64,000 nucleotides of DNA from Octopus sinensis (Eukaryota): assembly GCF_006345805.1 (NCBI RefSeq), contig NC_042997.1, positions 74,462,001-74,526,000 on the forward strand. Reading direction: 5' to 3'. Shown here piece by piece: positions 49,400 to 63,229 of the stretch. Position 1 is the stretch's first letter. Every line of letters starts with the position of its first letter. A program made the position numbers and the translations under genes. The notes below the pieces were generated by a model. It searched no databases. It had not been told where the DNA came from and saw nothing but the letters and a program-made list of their open reading frames with translations.

Positions 49400-49780
49400 C
49401 CTTCTCTTCATCATCCTGAGATTTGCACGTCCTGCAACAGGAGGATCAGAGGTGTGAAGTGTTCAGGATTGCAAGACAATGTGTAAGAGAGAACAGAGAT
49501 GTTATTGGTGAGAAGTGTATTTGGAATGATGACACACTTGCCAGTGAGATGGAAGACAACAAAGTGGTATGGAAGTGTTATTATGAAAGGCTGCTGGAGA
49601 ATGCCTAGGATAAAGGGTGGCTATTTCCTGTTGACTCCACAGAAAAACTAGCATTTAAAGTTGACGGTAGATAAAGCAATCAAGGACATGAAGAGTGAAA
49701 AAACAAAGGCAGTTGCAGAGATGCTCAGAATAGCTGGTGAGATAAGTTATGCAATAACCACCAGGATAGTTAATCAAGTC
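49400..49780 (+). mobile_element. RTE EN-RT linker fragment
   Basis: EVFRIARQCVRENRDVIGEKCI...WKCYYERLLENA. Confidence 0.65.
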
Positions 49781-49789
49781 ATACAAGAA

Positions 49790-50395
49790 TGGGTTGAAAA
49801 GTTCATAGGCTGACTATCAAGGAGTGATGTTACACCTGTGAAATTTTACATGCATGTATTGATTTTCAACTCTTAATGATTACTGCATTTTTTTCCCAGG
49901 AAAACAGACATCTGACTGTTTAAAGAAGACTTCAAAAGTAACTAGTAGTAACTTCTCTTGAAAATGGGCATCATGGTGTTATCAAGTAGAAAAGGGTTTA
50001 GCCCCCCCAAGGATATTCATGCTGACATTGCTGTTACATTAGGAGATGATGTTCCAGCTTTATCAACAGTGCAGAAGTGGGCAGCTGAATTTAGGAGATG
50101 AAGGAAGAGTCTTGAGAATAACTCAAGGTCTGGACATCTTGCAACAGCCATCACCATTGATTGTGTTCACCACATGGTGATGGATGACAGATGATTAACA
50201 ATAAATTAAATAGCCAATGCAATTAAAATATCCTGTGAGAGAATTGAGAAAATTTTGTATAATGAACTTGGCATGGCAAAGGTTTCTGCTCAGTGGATGC
50301 TACATCTTCTTACACCTGATCAAAAGTACACCCAACTCATCACATCACAGTAAAATCTGATGTTGTTTGAGGTAGATCCAGCTGATTTCTTTGAA
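49790..50395 (+). mobile_element. Mariner transposase N-terminal remnant
   Basis: IHADIAVTLGDDVPALSTVQKWAAEFRR...SRSG...ELGMAKVSAQWMLHLLT. Confidence 0.75.
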
Positions 50396-50399
50396 GTCC

Positions 50400-51930
50400 A
50401 GAGCTCTGGGTTGGGCCGATGGCTTTCTTGATACCCTTATACATTACGATATTGCTGCCTGTGTCAAATGACAGTTGGTTGTCTTCACATTAATCATTTG
50501 CACAGCATCTCACTGCCTTCTGTATGTTGTTCCTTGCTGATCTCAATGCTTGTAGCATTGCCCTGGTGGGCTGGTGTTTGTGCTTCAGCAGGGCAGCACG
50601 CTTCTCCTTCATGAGGTATTGAGCTATTTCACACTCATCTCAAACCAGTCTTGTGTCATTTTCCTCCTCCTCTCAAAGGCCTTCAGTGCAGTACTATAGA
50701 TGATGTTCCTGAGAGAGTCCCATCTCTGCTGAACATTGCCATCTTATGTGTCTGCAAGGAAGGTGTCTTCCAGTGACCTGAGGAATGCATCTGTCTTAGG
50801 TAGCTTCTGAGTTGCAGTAGCATTGATATGCTGCTTGCCTGGAGGCTTTGCACAGAGCAAAATTCTTTGTTGGAGTTTGAGATTGCAACAAACCAAGGAA
50901 TGGTCTGTGTTGCAGTCAGCACTTTGAAAGGACAGAGTTAGGAGGACATTCCTCAGGTGGTTGCATCAAGCTGGTGCCAGTGGCCCAATTGAGGGTGATG
51001 CCAGGAGTCCCTGTGTTGGGCTTTGGCCTGGAGGTGATGACACATAGTCTATGGAGTATACAGGGATCTTGAGGCTCAAACAGCTATTGCCCATTTTCAT
51101 TCATGTTGCCAACCCCATACCAACCAGACACCCTTGGCCAGGAGTCATGATAACTCTCACTATCGCATTGAAGTAGCCAAGTAGCATCAGCTGTTCTCCA
51201 TTTGAGACCACCTGTATTTTCATAGAGAACTGATTATAGAACTTATCCTTGGCATCTTGTATGGAGTAAAATGTTGGAACATAAGCTCTAAGGTTGACAA
51301 GCCCATCAGAAATGTGCAATTGATGTGAGAGTATCCACTCCAAACTGTTGCTGCTGAGTTCTCCCAACTTCAGCAGAGAGTTCCTCATGGCAAAGTCAAT
51401 ACCATGCTCTCTGGCTTCGTCTATGCCTTTCCCTTGCCAGAAAAAGATATACTCTCTCTCACGAAGGGTCCCCAAATCTGGGAGTCTCATTTCCTGCAGT
51501 GCTGCAATGCTCACTCAGAATCATAGCAGTTCATTGTTGATCTTGCATGTGTTGCTTATCTTTTGAAGATCCCCTGACAGACCAGTTATCATAGTCCATA
51601 TGTTCCACCATCCGAGTCTGAATGCTGGTTTTTGCATTGTTTGTTTGCTTGTTTTCCTTGGTGTAGTGATTATAATCCCCAATTCAGGATATTAGTTTCC
51701 CTATGCCCCCATAGGACAGTACCTAACTGGCTGGGGACTGCCCACCTTGAGGCAGGTTGTAGCTGTCCAGTGAGGCACAGTCACCTCTCCCCCCATCAAA
51801 AGCAGCCCCTGATGCCTTGCTCTTACAACAATCAATTTGCAGGCTGAAAACTGGTAAACTGCTGCTTTCTGTGTTTTGCCACCATGGTTAGACAACATTT
51901 GAGTGTCCTCTCCAGGGCGCATTCTTCAGT
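50400..51930 (-). mobile_element. RTE (BovB-like) LINE 5' part (APE endonuclease)
   Basis: IAALQEMRL...YIFFWQG...EHGIDFA...YVPT...KDKFY...LLGYFNA. Confidence 0.8.
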
Positions 51931-52455
51931 CAGTCATAGCCACTCACTCTCGGACTTTTAAATTTTCAACAGTAAGCGTGTTCTTTTCCTCTGTTAGATT
52001 CATTCTGTTTCTAATATCACAATATATACATATATACATATATATACATATATATCTAAAGCTGGTTCTAGCTAGCCCAAAATGATCTTGTTTGAAGAAA
52101 GCATGCTGGTTTTTAATTCATTGCCTAGATCCCTATAGTTAACCTGCACTTTTCCTCCATTAGATTCACTCTGCTTTTAATATAGCAATGTATTTATATA
52201 CATATATATCTAAAGCTGGTTCTAGCTAGGCCAATGATTGAAGAAAACATTCTGGTTTTTAATTCATTGCCTATATTCCTATATGTCCTGGCTTTCTCCC
52301 ATTCTTCCCATAACCTCTCCCACCTGCTCCCTAACCACCACTAGACTAACCAAACAGCTTGTGTGGAAAGAAAACTTTGAATATCCCATTCTTGTTTTCT
52401 TTGTATCATCTATCTGGATGTTTTGTTGTCCCATTTTTGTATCACCTAACTGTCC

Positions 52456-53944
52456 GGATGTTTTGCGTTCTTGTCCCATTTTTATATATATATATATAGA
52501 GGTGTATGTACACTTTGGTTTCTAATATTTAAGTATACATTTTTCTAAATCTCATACAACTCTATTTCTGTCTATCAGCCCTTTCTCGCTTAACCGTTCA
52601 TTCCACTCTTCGTTCTTTCATTCCCCCTCACTCACATTTCTTTGCCTTCTCTTCTTGTTCACTTTCCCTCCACTTTTCACTTCACTGTGTCCCTGTCATT
52701 TTTTCTCGCCCCTCTTTAATTCTTCTGTCCTTCTGCCTCTACATCTCTCTCTTCCCATGTGACCAGCATTTGGCCAAGTCTGATCTTTCTTTCTTGGTCT
52801 GGCCATTGTCCATGCAACATCGATATTCCTCCCTTGTGACTGTGAAATCTTGTATCCTTGCCATAAGGCTTCATTTCCATACATGCCAGCTTAATTTAAT
52901 TTGTCCTTTGTTGAAAGACACCTGTTGTTATGTCCTGTTATTATTTTTATTGTATTTGTGTAACATTGTCCATTTTTTTCCATCCTTGTTTTTGTAGACA
53001 TTCACTGCTTTCTTCTAAGGAATCTAAAATGCTCTTAGCTTGGTTTTTCCTTCGGGCTGGCCAGATTGGAGTAAACTCGAGTATAATCAGCTGAAATTGC
53101 AAAGATAATCTGGTATTCAACTGAGGAAAGAAAACTTCGAGTGACCCATCCTTGTTTTCTTTGTATCATCTATCTGGATGTTTTGCGTTCTTGTCCCATT
53201 TTTATTTATATACATATATATATATATATATATATAGAGGTGTATGTACACTTTGGTTTCTAATATTTAAGTATACATTTTTCTAAATCTCATACAACTC
53301 TATTTCTGTCTATCAGCCCTTTCTCGCTTAACCGTTCATTCCACTCTTCGTTCTTTCATTCCCCCTCACTCACATTTCTTTGCCTTCTCTTCTTGTTCAC
53401 TTTCCCTCCACTTTTCACTTCACTGTGTCCCTGTCATTTTTTCTCGCCCCTCTTTAATTCTTCTGTCCTTCTGCCTCTACATCTCTCTCTTCCCATGTGA
53501 CCAGCATTTGGCCAAGTCTGATCTTTCTTTCTTGGTCTGGCCATTGTCCATGCAACATCGATATTCCTCCCTTGTGACTGTGAAATCTTGTATCCTTGCC
53601 ATAAGGCTTCATTTCCATACATGCCAGCTTAATTTAATTTGTCCTTTGTTGAAAGACACCTGTTGTTATGTCCTGTTATTATTTTTATTGTATTTGTGTA
53701 ACATTGTCCATTTTTTTCCATCCTTGTTTTTGTAGACATTCACTGCTTTCTTCTAAGGAATCTAAAATGCTCTTAGCTTGGTTTTTCCTTCGGGCTGGCC
53801 AGATTGGAGTAAACTCGAGTATAATCAGCTGAAATTGCAAAGATAATCTGGTATTCAACTGAGGAAAGAAAACTTCGAGTGACCCATCCTTGTTTTCTTT
53901 GTATCATCTATCTGGATGTTTTGCGTTCTTGTCCCATTTTTATT

Positions 53945-53978
<34 letters not shown>
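52456..53978. repeat. Tandem duplication, about 738-bp unit, 2 copies plus a partial third
   Basis: Identical ORF pairs offset by 738 (52696/53434; 52770/53508); by eye the copies differ mainly at the (TA)n run. Confidence 0.93.
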
Positions 53979-53979
<1 letters not shown>

Positions 53980-55043
53980 CATCATCATCATCGTTTAACT
54001 TCTGCCTTTTGTGCAGGCATGGGTTGAATGATTTGACTGAGGACTGGCAAACCAGATGGCTGCACCAGGCTCCAATCAGTTCTGGCAAAGTTTCCACAGC
54101 TGGATGCCCTTCCTAACGCCAACCACTCTGAGAGTGTAGTGAGTGCTTTTACATGCCACCAGCATGAGGGCAAGCCAGGCGGTACTGGCAACGGCCACAC
54201 TCAAATGGTGTTTTTTTATGTGCCACCTGCACAGGAGCCAGCCAGTCCAGCGGCACTGGTAATGACCTCGCTCGAATGTTTTTCCACATGCCAGTAAGGT
54301 GATGCTGGTAATGATCATGCTCGAATGGTGCTTTTTATGTGCCTCCGGCATGGACGCCAATCAGCTGCTCTGGCAACGATCATGTTCAGATGGTGCTCTT
54401 AGTGCTCCACTAGCATCGATGCCAGTCATTGAATTTGATTTCGATTTCACTTGCCTCAACAGGTCTTCACAAGCAGAGTTTAGTGTCCATGCATAAGTGG
54501 GCTGGTATAGGCCACAGCTTATGGTCTCACTTGGTTTGCCGAGTCTTCTCACACACAGCATATTTCCAAAGGTCTTGGTCACTAGTCCTTGCCTTGGTGA
54601 GGCCTAATGTTCGAAGGTCATGCTTTACCACCTCATCCCAAGTCTACATCTTCCACAGGTTCCCTCAACTGCTAGGGTGTGGCACTTTTTCACACAGCTA
54701 TCCTCATCCATTCTTGCCACATGACCATACCAGCATAGTCGTCTCTCTTGCACACCACATCTGATGCTTCTTAGGTCCAACTTTTCTCTCAGGGTACTTA
54801 CACTCTGTCAAGTATGCACACTCACATTACACATCCATCGGAGCCTACTGGCTTCATTCCTTGCAAGCTTACGCATGTCCTCAACAGTCACAGCCCATGC
54901 TTCACTGCCATGTAGCATGGCTGTTCGTACACATGCATCATACAGTCTACTTTTACTCTGAGCAAGAAGTCCTTTGTCACCAGCAGAGGTAAGAGCTCTC
55001 TGAACTTTGCCCAGGCTATTCTTATTCTAGCAACTTTGCCCAG
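53979..55043 (-). mobile_element. RTE LINE 5'-truncated copy
   Basis: Homologous to 27087-28250; (TA)n on both sides. Confidence 0.85.
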
Positions 55044-55159
55044 TATATATATATACACACACACACACACAGAAAGTGAGAGAAAGAGAAAAAGAGATTG
55101 ATACCTATGCAAAACAAACTACACTTAATATTATGTAAGACAGTGATGCTGTGAGTTTG

Positions 55160-55350
55160 CAGAATTGTTAGCCTGCCAAACTAACTGTTTAGTGGTATTT
55201 TGTCCATCTTTATACTCTGAGGTCAGATTCCACCAAGGTCAACTTTGCCTTTCATCCTTTCAAGGTCAATAAATAAGTACCAATTAAGAACTGGGGTCAA
55301 TGTAATTAACTTACTTCCTCCTCCAAAATTGCTGGCTTTGTGTCAAAATT
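55160..55350 (+). mobile_element. SINE (Nin/Deu-domain-like)
   Basis: caactttgcctttcatcctttcaaggtcaataaataagtacca core. Confidence 0.65.
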
Positions 55351-56089
55351 TGAAACCAATATTATGTAAGATAAAAAATATAAAATTTAAGTGAAGAAAG
55401 ATTAGTGTCCCTATTTATTCAGTAAATATGTACATTTTTTAAATAAAAGTGTGTGTGTATGTGTGTGAGTGCACATGCATGTGTATGCATGTCGGTATAT
55501 ATGTTCATGTGTAGGTGTGTGTGTATGTGTGTGAGTGCACATGCATATGTGTGCATGTCAGTATCTGTGTTCATGTGTAGGTGTGTGTGTGTGTTTGTTT
55601 CCCTATGATTATGCTTGTGTCTGCTGCATGTGTTTCTTTTCAATTTCCTTGTTGTCCAACAATAGGAGTATATTTATCTACTATGTTGATATAATACATA
55701 ACTAAAATTATCTATTTTAAGGGTTCTCACAGATATGCATCAAATTTTTTAGGCTTATGGAAACATTTTACCATCACAGTAAATTGTTTAGTTTCAAATC
55801 ATGGAGCACAGAAACAGAATTTAAATTTTAGTATTGAAAAGATGTGGTTATATTGCAAAGATGATAAACAGCTTTTAGGATTACATTTCATCTTGAATCA
55901 GATTATATATTTATTTTCCTTTACTGCTTGAATATGTAGGTAAACACTGTAAATACTGTTATATTCGTCTCTGTTTAACTCATCATTACCATTCTTTCCT
56001 ACTATTCTATGGGACTCTGGTTACTCACAACTATCAACATTTTCCCCTTCACATTATCCTCTCTGCCTAATATACTCTTCCAAAAGACT

Positions 56090-59000
56090 CTGCTATATCA
56101 GCTTTTGTTTAACACATCCTTATTCATACTTTACTGACCTATTACCTCTGAGGGAGAGTACGATTGGCTATTTAACCCTTTCGTTATTGTTTTTATTTTG
56201 AGATGCTCTGTATTTCTTTCAATTATTTAAAATATAATAAAGAATTTAGTAAAATAACTTCGTTATCATTAAGATAGTGTTAGGAACATAAATTATGACT
56301 AACATTTGGTGGAAGATTTGAATTAAAAACTTATCAAAACAAGACACTTATATTAAAGAATCAGAGCTGGTTTCAGTTGGGTTGGTAACAAAAGGGTTAA
56401 ACCAAAGTCTTGTTTGCTGCCTAATCGGAAGTCCCTTCTCTGTGGACCAGCTTGATAGCTAGCCCACAGTGAAGATCCTTGTCTACAGTTCATCTGTTAT
56501 GAGTTCATGGGCAGTGCCCCACATAGCCCAACCCCCTCAGAACTGTTGACTGTTGTTGGAACAAAGGTGTTTTTACCACCCTACCCGTACATGTAATCAC
56601 TTGGCTTTTTGGCAACTGTTCATTGTCAGGGGTCAGTGTGACTTGCCTGTGGTGGCTGAGTTACTTAAATGGGGCTGTCATGGAAACTGTGACCTGTCAT
56701 TCACCAATCAGGAGCTGCAATGATTTGTCTCCTGAAGGAATCACTTCATATGGGCCATCATGAGGTGACTGAAGGGGTTTTCATTATGCATTATAATGAA
56801 CAAATACAGACTTTGCTGTATGGAGGTCATTTGGTATGGATGACCTAGGTGTACCATGTGTAACTGACTCATGCTATCTCTCAGTTGCTCAAGATATCTT
56901 TTGACATTTGAGCCTGACTTTGTGTTTGGAATGAACTCCACCAGCACCATAAGTGGGGCACCATACACCATTTCTGCGGAAGAAGTGTTGAGGTCTTCCT
57001 TTGGGGTGGGGTGGATTCCTGGCATCACCCATGAAAATTGATCGATCCAGTTGAGCCTGTTAAGTCTGGTCGTGAGGGATTCCTTCAAGCAGCAGTGAAA
57101 TCTCTCCACTAAGCTGTTGGTTTGGGTATGGTATGTTGTTGTGACACCAAAAAATTCATATGTCATTCCACAGTTTTGAGGTGAACTTAGGTCAATGGTT
57201 GGATTATGCTGCTGTCTGGGACACCAAAATGGGTAACCCAGGAATGGGTAATTTCTTGATGCAGAGAGGCATAGCCTCAGGCAAAAGCGAAGGTGGTAGG
57301 GGACCAATGAGGTCAATGTCGACATGATTGAAATGGGCATGTGGGAATTCATAGCTGCCAAGAGGTGTTTTGGTATGCTGATGGATTTTGGCTTGTTAGC
57401 TGGGGAAACAGGTTTTGGCCAACTCTTCAATTTGCTTGGCCATACCATGCCAGATGAATTTGCTTGACCTCAGGTGCTGTATGGCTCTGGTAAGGTGTGA
57501 GAGCCCATGAATAACATCAAAAACTTTCCAGCGCCTGGCTACTGGGATAATTGGTCATGGTTTCCCAGTGTGTACATCACAAAATAGGGTTATTCGATTG
57601 GAGCTAAAGTGTACATCCTGCAAGGTAGGGAGATGATGACAGTGCAGTAGGCTCTGACCTTATCCTCTGTTTGTTGAGCTGTAGTCATACCCTCATAATC
57701 AAGACTTCCATTATGGAAGCTATGTAGGTGTCAGATTAGATAAAGGCCCAAGAGAGTGCATCAGCAACTAGGTTGCTTTTTCCCATTTAAGTGTTGAATG
57801 TCTGCAGTGTACTCAGAAATGGTCGATAACTGTCAATGTTGACATACAGACCATGGCTCTGAGAGCTTGCTCATAGCAAAGTGAGTGGTTTGTGGTCTGT
57901 GAACACTATGAAAGTGCAACCTTCAAGAAAATAGCAAAAGTGGTGGACACCTATATGAGTGGCTAGTAGTTCCTTGTCTGAAGATGATTTTGACCTAGGA
58001 GAAAACTGAGCACCCAGCTAACTGAGCTGAGAAATCCTGTATATGCAGAATGGTGGAGTAGCAGTCAGGTGTTATGTTTGTGTTGAGACAATGATAATCT
58101 CTACTAGGTTGCAACTTCCATTGGGTTTTGGTGTCACATGTACAGGTGATGATCAAAGACTGCTTGGTCAGTGAATGATGCCCAAAATTTCCATATTGTT
58201 GAACTCAGGCCTCGCAATATCAAGTTTATCTAATGGTAGACAATGTGTGCAGCTGTGCATTGGAGGGCCAATAGTGTGGATGTGATGTTTCAGTCCATAG
58301 CAGGTTGTGGGTTTGGAGAATGTTGGTGTAGTGAGATTCAAGTGGCTTACAAGGACAGTCAAGAATTTGTTCTTCATTTGAGAAGTGGCTGCTATGTGGG
58401 AGATGGCATGTGCAGATGTTACTAGAGGTATGTAGGCATATGTATTGCTGTTGACAAGTCATCTCCCCTGAAGATCAACAAGCAGTAAGTCTGCTCTGAT
58501 AATAGGCTGATGGACATCAGCGATGGTGAATGCCCATGCGTATGCTTGTGAGCTGGTGTGAAGGGAGAGAATGCAGCATCCATATGCTTTGATTTTGCAA
58601 CCATTGGCAGCTGTTAAAGGTTGGCCTTGCTTTCTGTACAAGAGGTCTCTTGCAGATACTGGGATCATGCTGATTTCTGCAACTGTGTTCATTAGAAATC
58701 TTCATCTGGAACTCCAATTGTGGACATACAGGAGCAGTTGATTGTGTTTGCCAGAGTGTTTAGTAATGGCTGGCTCTTGAAGCTACCTGATTACTTACAC
58801 TTTGTAGCCTTCTTGTCCCAAACTTCGTGTGATAGAAACACAGGTCATCTTGTGTAACTTCATGTCTCAGGGCCAACCTTGATTGTAACCCTGACAAATA
58901 TTGTTTGTCAATCACTTTTGCTAACTGCCATAGGTCCTTGATCTCAGTCTGAGTTATGAGGTACTGAACCTGGGACGGCAGTTTATAGAAGAATATCTCA

Positions 59001-59572
59001 CTACACAAAAAACAAGGTGACTCACCAAGGAGCACTAATGCCAGCATCCTGTCCATCAGTTTGCTGCTTCCTGGTCACTAGGCCAGAAAGTTTCCACAAG
59101 TCTCTCTTTTAAGGTGGCGTATTTGTGCATAGCCAGTGTTGAGTTAGGATGTCTAGCACTCTTGTTGCTGTGTCCTCATCCAGTGCTGCTGTTGCATATA
59201 TTTTGTCAGGTTTAGAGTGATCTTCCTAATGTTGATCTGTGCTTCAACTTGTGTGAACCATACTTTGGTTTGTTTTAGCCAGAATATGGGTACTTCTCTC
59301 CCTTGCCATGCATGTGTGTATTCTATTTCAGGGCCACCACTTATAGCTTGCTTTTGTTAAGCTCTACATAAAAATAATCACAAACAAGAGTGTGTCAAAG
59401 TATCATTTATCTGGCTTCAATCATCTACACTGTGAGGGAGAGTTATGATCAGCCATTTAAACCTGAGTCGTGCTTATTGCCTAACTGGAAGTCCCTTTTC
59501 TACAGACTAGCTCAATAGCTAGCTCACAGTAAAGATACTTGTCTACAGTTCATCTGTTATGAGTTTATGGGC
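56090..59572 (-). mobile_element. Older degraded Ty3/Gypsy element, most of RT deleted
   Basis: Diverged LTRs (about 56090-56523 and 59340-59572); PBS-like TGGTGGCCC; PPT gagggggttgggcta; gag WFTQVEAQ; FTDHKPL; integrase VERFH...MVYGAPL. Confidence 0.8.
56176..56396. mobile_element. piggyBac-type MITE in the Gypsy LTR
   Basis: TTAA|CCCTTT...AAAGGG|TTAA; absent from the sister LTR (tttaaacc at about 59457). Confidence 0.85.
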
Positions 59573-59890
59573 TTATTCAAAATGAATTGGAATTTATAGG
59601 CTATATCTATTAGCCAATTAATAAACTGCAATGAATAAGTAAAGAAATTTGATATGATTAACTTTGACTTTGTCAACTCTATGTTTCTATTTATATAACA
59701 TTTTAAGTGATCTATTTATATGTTTCCTTTGGGAACATATAAATACTCATCTTTATTGAAAATCTAACTTCTAGCAATATGAATGAGTCAATTTCAATGG
59801 TACTAAAATTGTTTCAGCAAGAACAGTTGTATTTGACTGCTAATGAATTTGTAGATTAGTGTAAAACCATAGGATTCAAGATTAACTTAC

Positions 59891-60167
59891 GGATTCCAGC
59901 CAAGGTCCTGAGGGTTAATATAAAGGATTCCTGCCCTGGAAACTGTTGCAGGTGTTGCTGTTTTCAGATGACTAATTTCAAACAGTAATCGCATTGACGG
60001 AGTCAGTGGAATTCTTTCATTACTGGCCAGAGTGAGAATTTTATTGTCATCCATAACTGTATTTAGAGACTCTATCCACATGGGATCGATGTCTCCATCC
60101 AAAACAATCCATTTGGGTCCTGTTCCTGACATTATAGCTAAGTCTCGCATGATCACAGAAAAAAGTC
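59891..60167 (-). CDS. DNAH9/DNAH17-like: Axonemal dynein heavy chain exon (AAA2, Walker B region)
   Basis: ttggcag|GA CTT TTT...TGG AAT CC|gtaagt; [35 protein letters not shown]...[19 protein letters not shown]; CC+C joins the exon at 17487. Confidence 0.96.
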
Positions 60168-61490
60168 CTGCCAAGCAAAGATAATCTTACAATTACCAAA
60201 ACGTTGCATTGGTGATAATAATAATGATAATACAGGTAAAGATGTTAAGCATGACTAGGACAATTGTTTTTGTTGCTATTACTGATTAGCTGACAAAATG
60301 TTTAGTCATAATACACACCACTCTATAAATGCAAATCTATCTATTGAAGTCAATCCATCAGTATAATTAGGCAATGTAAATATCTACGGTTCAAACTCTT
60401 TGTTACTGATAATAAAGAATTTCTTGAAAGAGATTAGGATAATTTATTCAGTAGATTGAACATTGTGTTATTTACTGGATTATTTTGTTTTTTGTCATAA
60501 TAAAGCTACTGATAAAATTCAGCTAAGAATGAATTTTGTAAGTAATCAGATCATCAGGAAAATGTACAAAATACAGTATTTTAGAGGTTATTTGAAATCT
60601 TTTGCCATTTACTCTTTATTTTCTCACATGTAAACTGTGACTAGTTTCAGTCATTGGACTACATGCAAGTGGGACACTGCCTTCAAGGGTCTAGTTAATC
60701 ATATCCTCAATAATTAAATGTATTGAAATTTAGTGCTTCTTTTATCAAATTTTATTTACTGAACTGCTACATTACAGATCATAAACAAACAGCATCACTT
60801 GCTAAGTGGAATGGGCATAAACCAAATTTGGACACGAAAGCACATACACTAAATTTCACTCAAAGTATTTGTCAATTTGAGATAATAGAAGACAACCAAG
60901 GTTGTACATAGTAGGACTGAAATCAAAACCAAGTGGTTGCAAAGTGAACTTATTAATCATAGAGCCATGATGCTACCTGTACATTACTGCCACTGCTGTC
61001 ATCATCTTTAACATCATTTCATATCTGTTTCTTGGGTTGGATAGATTCGATATATCAATTTACATATTAAACGCATTCTTGGAGTTGGTTTGTAAAAATT
61101 AATGATTTGTAGGTATGTGGAACTTTGTTATGCAAACATAATATACTATAAAGTATACTAAATGTTTTTATAAGTCAGTACCATGTTCTACAGAGTTAGC
61201 AGTGTTTCTTACATTATTTTGTTAAAGTTATTTCTACAGTTATTCAATAGAAATTATAACCAGCACTGACTTTTGCTACAACGTTTTGTATCAAGACGTC
61301 AGATGTAAACAGTAATTTTAGCATAACATATTAAGGAACACTAATAAAAAATCAAAAACATAAAAATAAACAAGCTTTTGATGATTTTATAGATATTTCA
61401 AAATTATGATGCTATGATGCTAGGTCCTTCCATTATTTTGTCCAATCCCTGTATATATATATATATATATATTAAAGAAGCCCACCGTGG

Positions 61491-61529
<39 letters not shown>

Positions 61530-63229
61530 TATATATATATATTGATATATAAAATTCATTCCATCTGTCTGTTTGTGCGCTTATAACTTGAGTATTGTTC
61601 ATCCAATCGTGCTGAAATTTTAAACATGGATACATGAGAGAGCTGGGCATTCCGTAATCTAAAAAGATTTTCAGAATCGTTAGTTTCAAAGTGAGAATTG
61701 CTATTTTTGTAATCTTTAATGTCCTGTTTGTTCCACCATTAAGACAATCAGTTGCTCAGACAGCCGGCGTATACCATTTCACTAGCAACAAGGGGAGTAC
61801 AGGATGACAGTCAGCCAAAACCATCGCTATGGTGTCTCTCTTCTTTCCTCTCTCTGTGGGGGTTAATAATCTTTAGCTACGGTTTCTCATTCAAACTATA
61901 TAATAGGCGGAATTGTTGGATTAAGACAGTAGGGTGTTTTGATGGCAATTTGGCTGCTATTTCTACCAGGTCTAGTGGATCATTTCACTTTGACCGGCAG
62001 ATTTTAAAAATAATTTCTTTGTAACTAAACACTTTTAAACTTCGTATACTGGTAGAATGTGTCACATAAAACATCTTTCTCTCTTGGCATTCTTGAGAAA
62101 ATGATGTAGTTTGTAAGCTCTTTCTTGTATTTCAGCAATTTCAACCAATCAATGACGTCTATTGAGGTGAATACAATTACTGTTGTTGTTTGCAACAAGT
62201 TCAAAACAACTTTCGGCGGTACGTGTATTTGTTTACATTTGAAGAAGATCGTCACTTTCTGTAAAATTTTTAATTTTACAGGGACATATAAAATGAGGTG
62301 AGGATGCAAGTGGGCAAGGTTAGAAATCCCCATCTTAAAAGGTGTCGTTGCTAGGGCCAAAAACGCACACTTTGACAAGTCTACTCTCATTCTTTTATGT
62401 GTCTGTCTTTCTCCATCACTCACTCTCTTTCCTCCCTTCCTTTCACTTTCTATCTATAACGGCGTTTCACAGTGTCTACCTCCCTTCCCTTCACTTTCTC
62501 TCTATAACGTTATAGAGAGAAAGTGAAAAGAAGGGAGAAAGTAATAATGAGTGAATGAGAATAACGATTAAGGGTTTTAAAAGCGTAAAAATATTTTCTT
62601 TCTCAACTTACTCAAGATCTTTTGTTGTTTATAAATGGGAGAGAGATAGATAGAGAAAGATAGAGAGTAAGAGAAAGCGAGGGAAAGTCTACTATTTTTC
62701 CCCCGCTGCCTTCACCAGCGCTGTCACTCTCTCTCTCTCTCTCTTTACGTCTGTCTGCATTCATACAGGGAATTATCATCGCCACCACCACCACCAAATA
62801 TTATGAATCAGATATTTATTGGGTGAATTTATATATATGTGTGTGTGTGTGTGTTCTATATATAAATATGTATATATAATGTATATATACAAAGTGTATA
62901 TATCTCTATTTATATATATATATATATATAATTTGTATACACTTATATATATAATGCGTACACACACGCACACACACATACACACACTCACACACACATA
63001 TATATATAATGTGTGCATTATGTGGTCGGTTGAGCTGAAAATATGCACACCTATGTTAAAAGTGCTGGCTAGTTTGCATGGCAACTATTTTTTTCCTCAA
63101 ATGAAAGGACAAAATTCCTCATCTTATAAAATGTGGCCCGAGTAGACCCAAATGAAATCGGGTTATATTAATCAAAATGTGAAAAAGGGTCTAAATGGGG
63201 CTGGAAGGAGATTAAAATTTGCAGGAGAG

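Noticed and set aside
53125-53150. CTGAGGA-AAG AAAA CTT-CGAG as a hammerhead (also 53863-53888)
   Set aside because: GAAA is not intact and stems I and III could not be closed; at most a decayed relic.
61420-62420. Possible Tc1 end (ccattattttgtccaatccctg|TA) and piggyBac-like Cys-rich remnant
   Set aside because: Only one terminus and weak motif matches; too little support to call.
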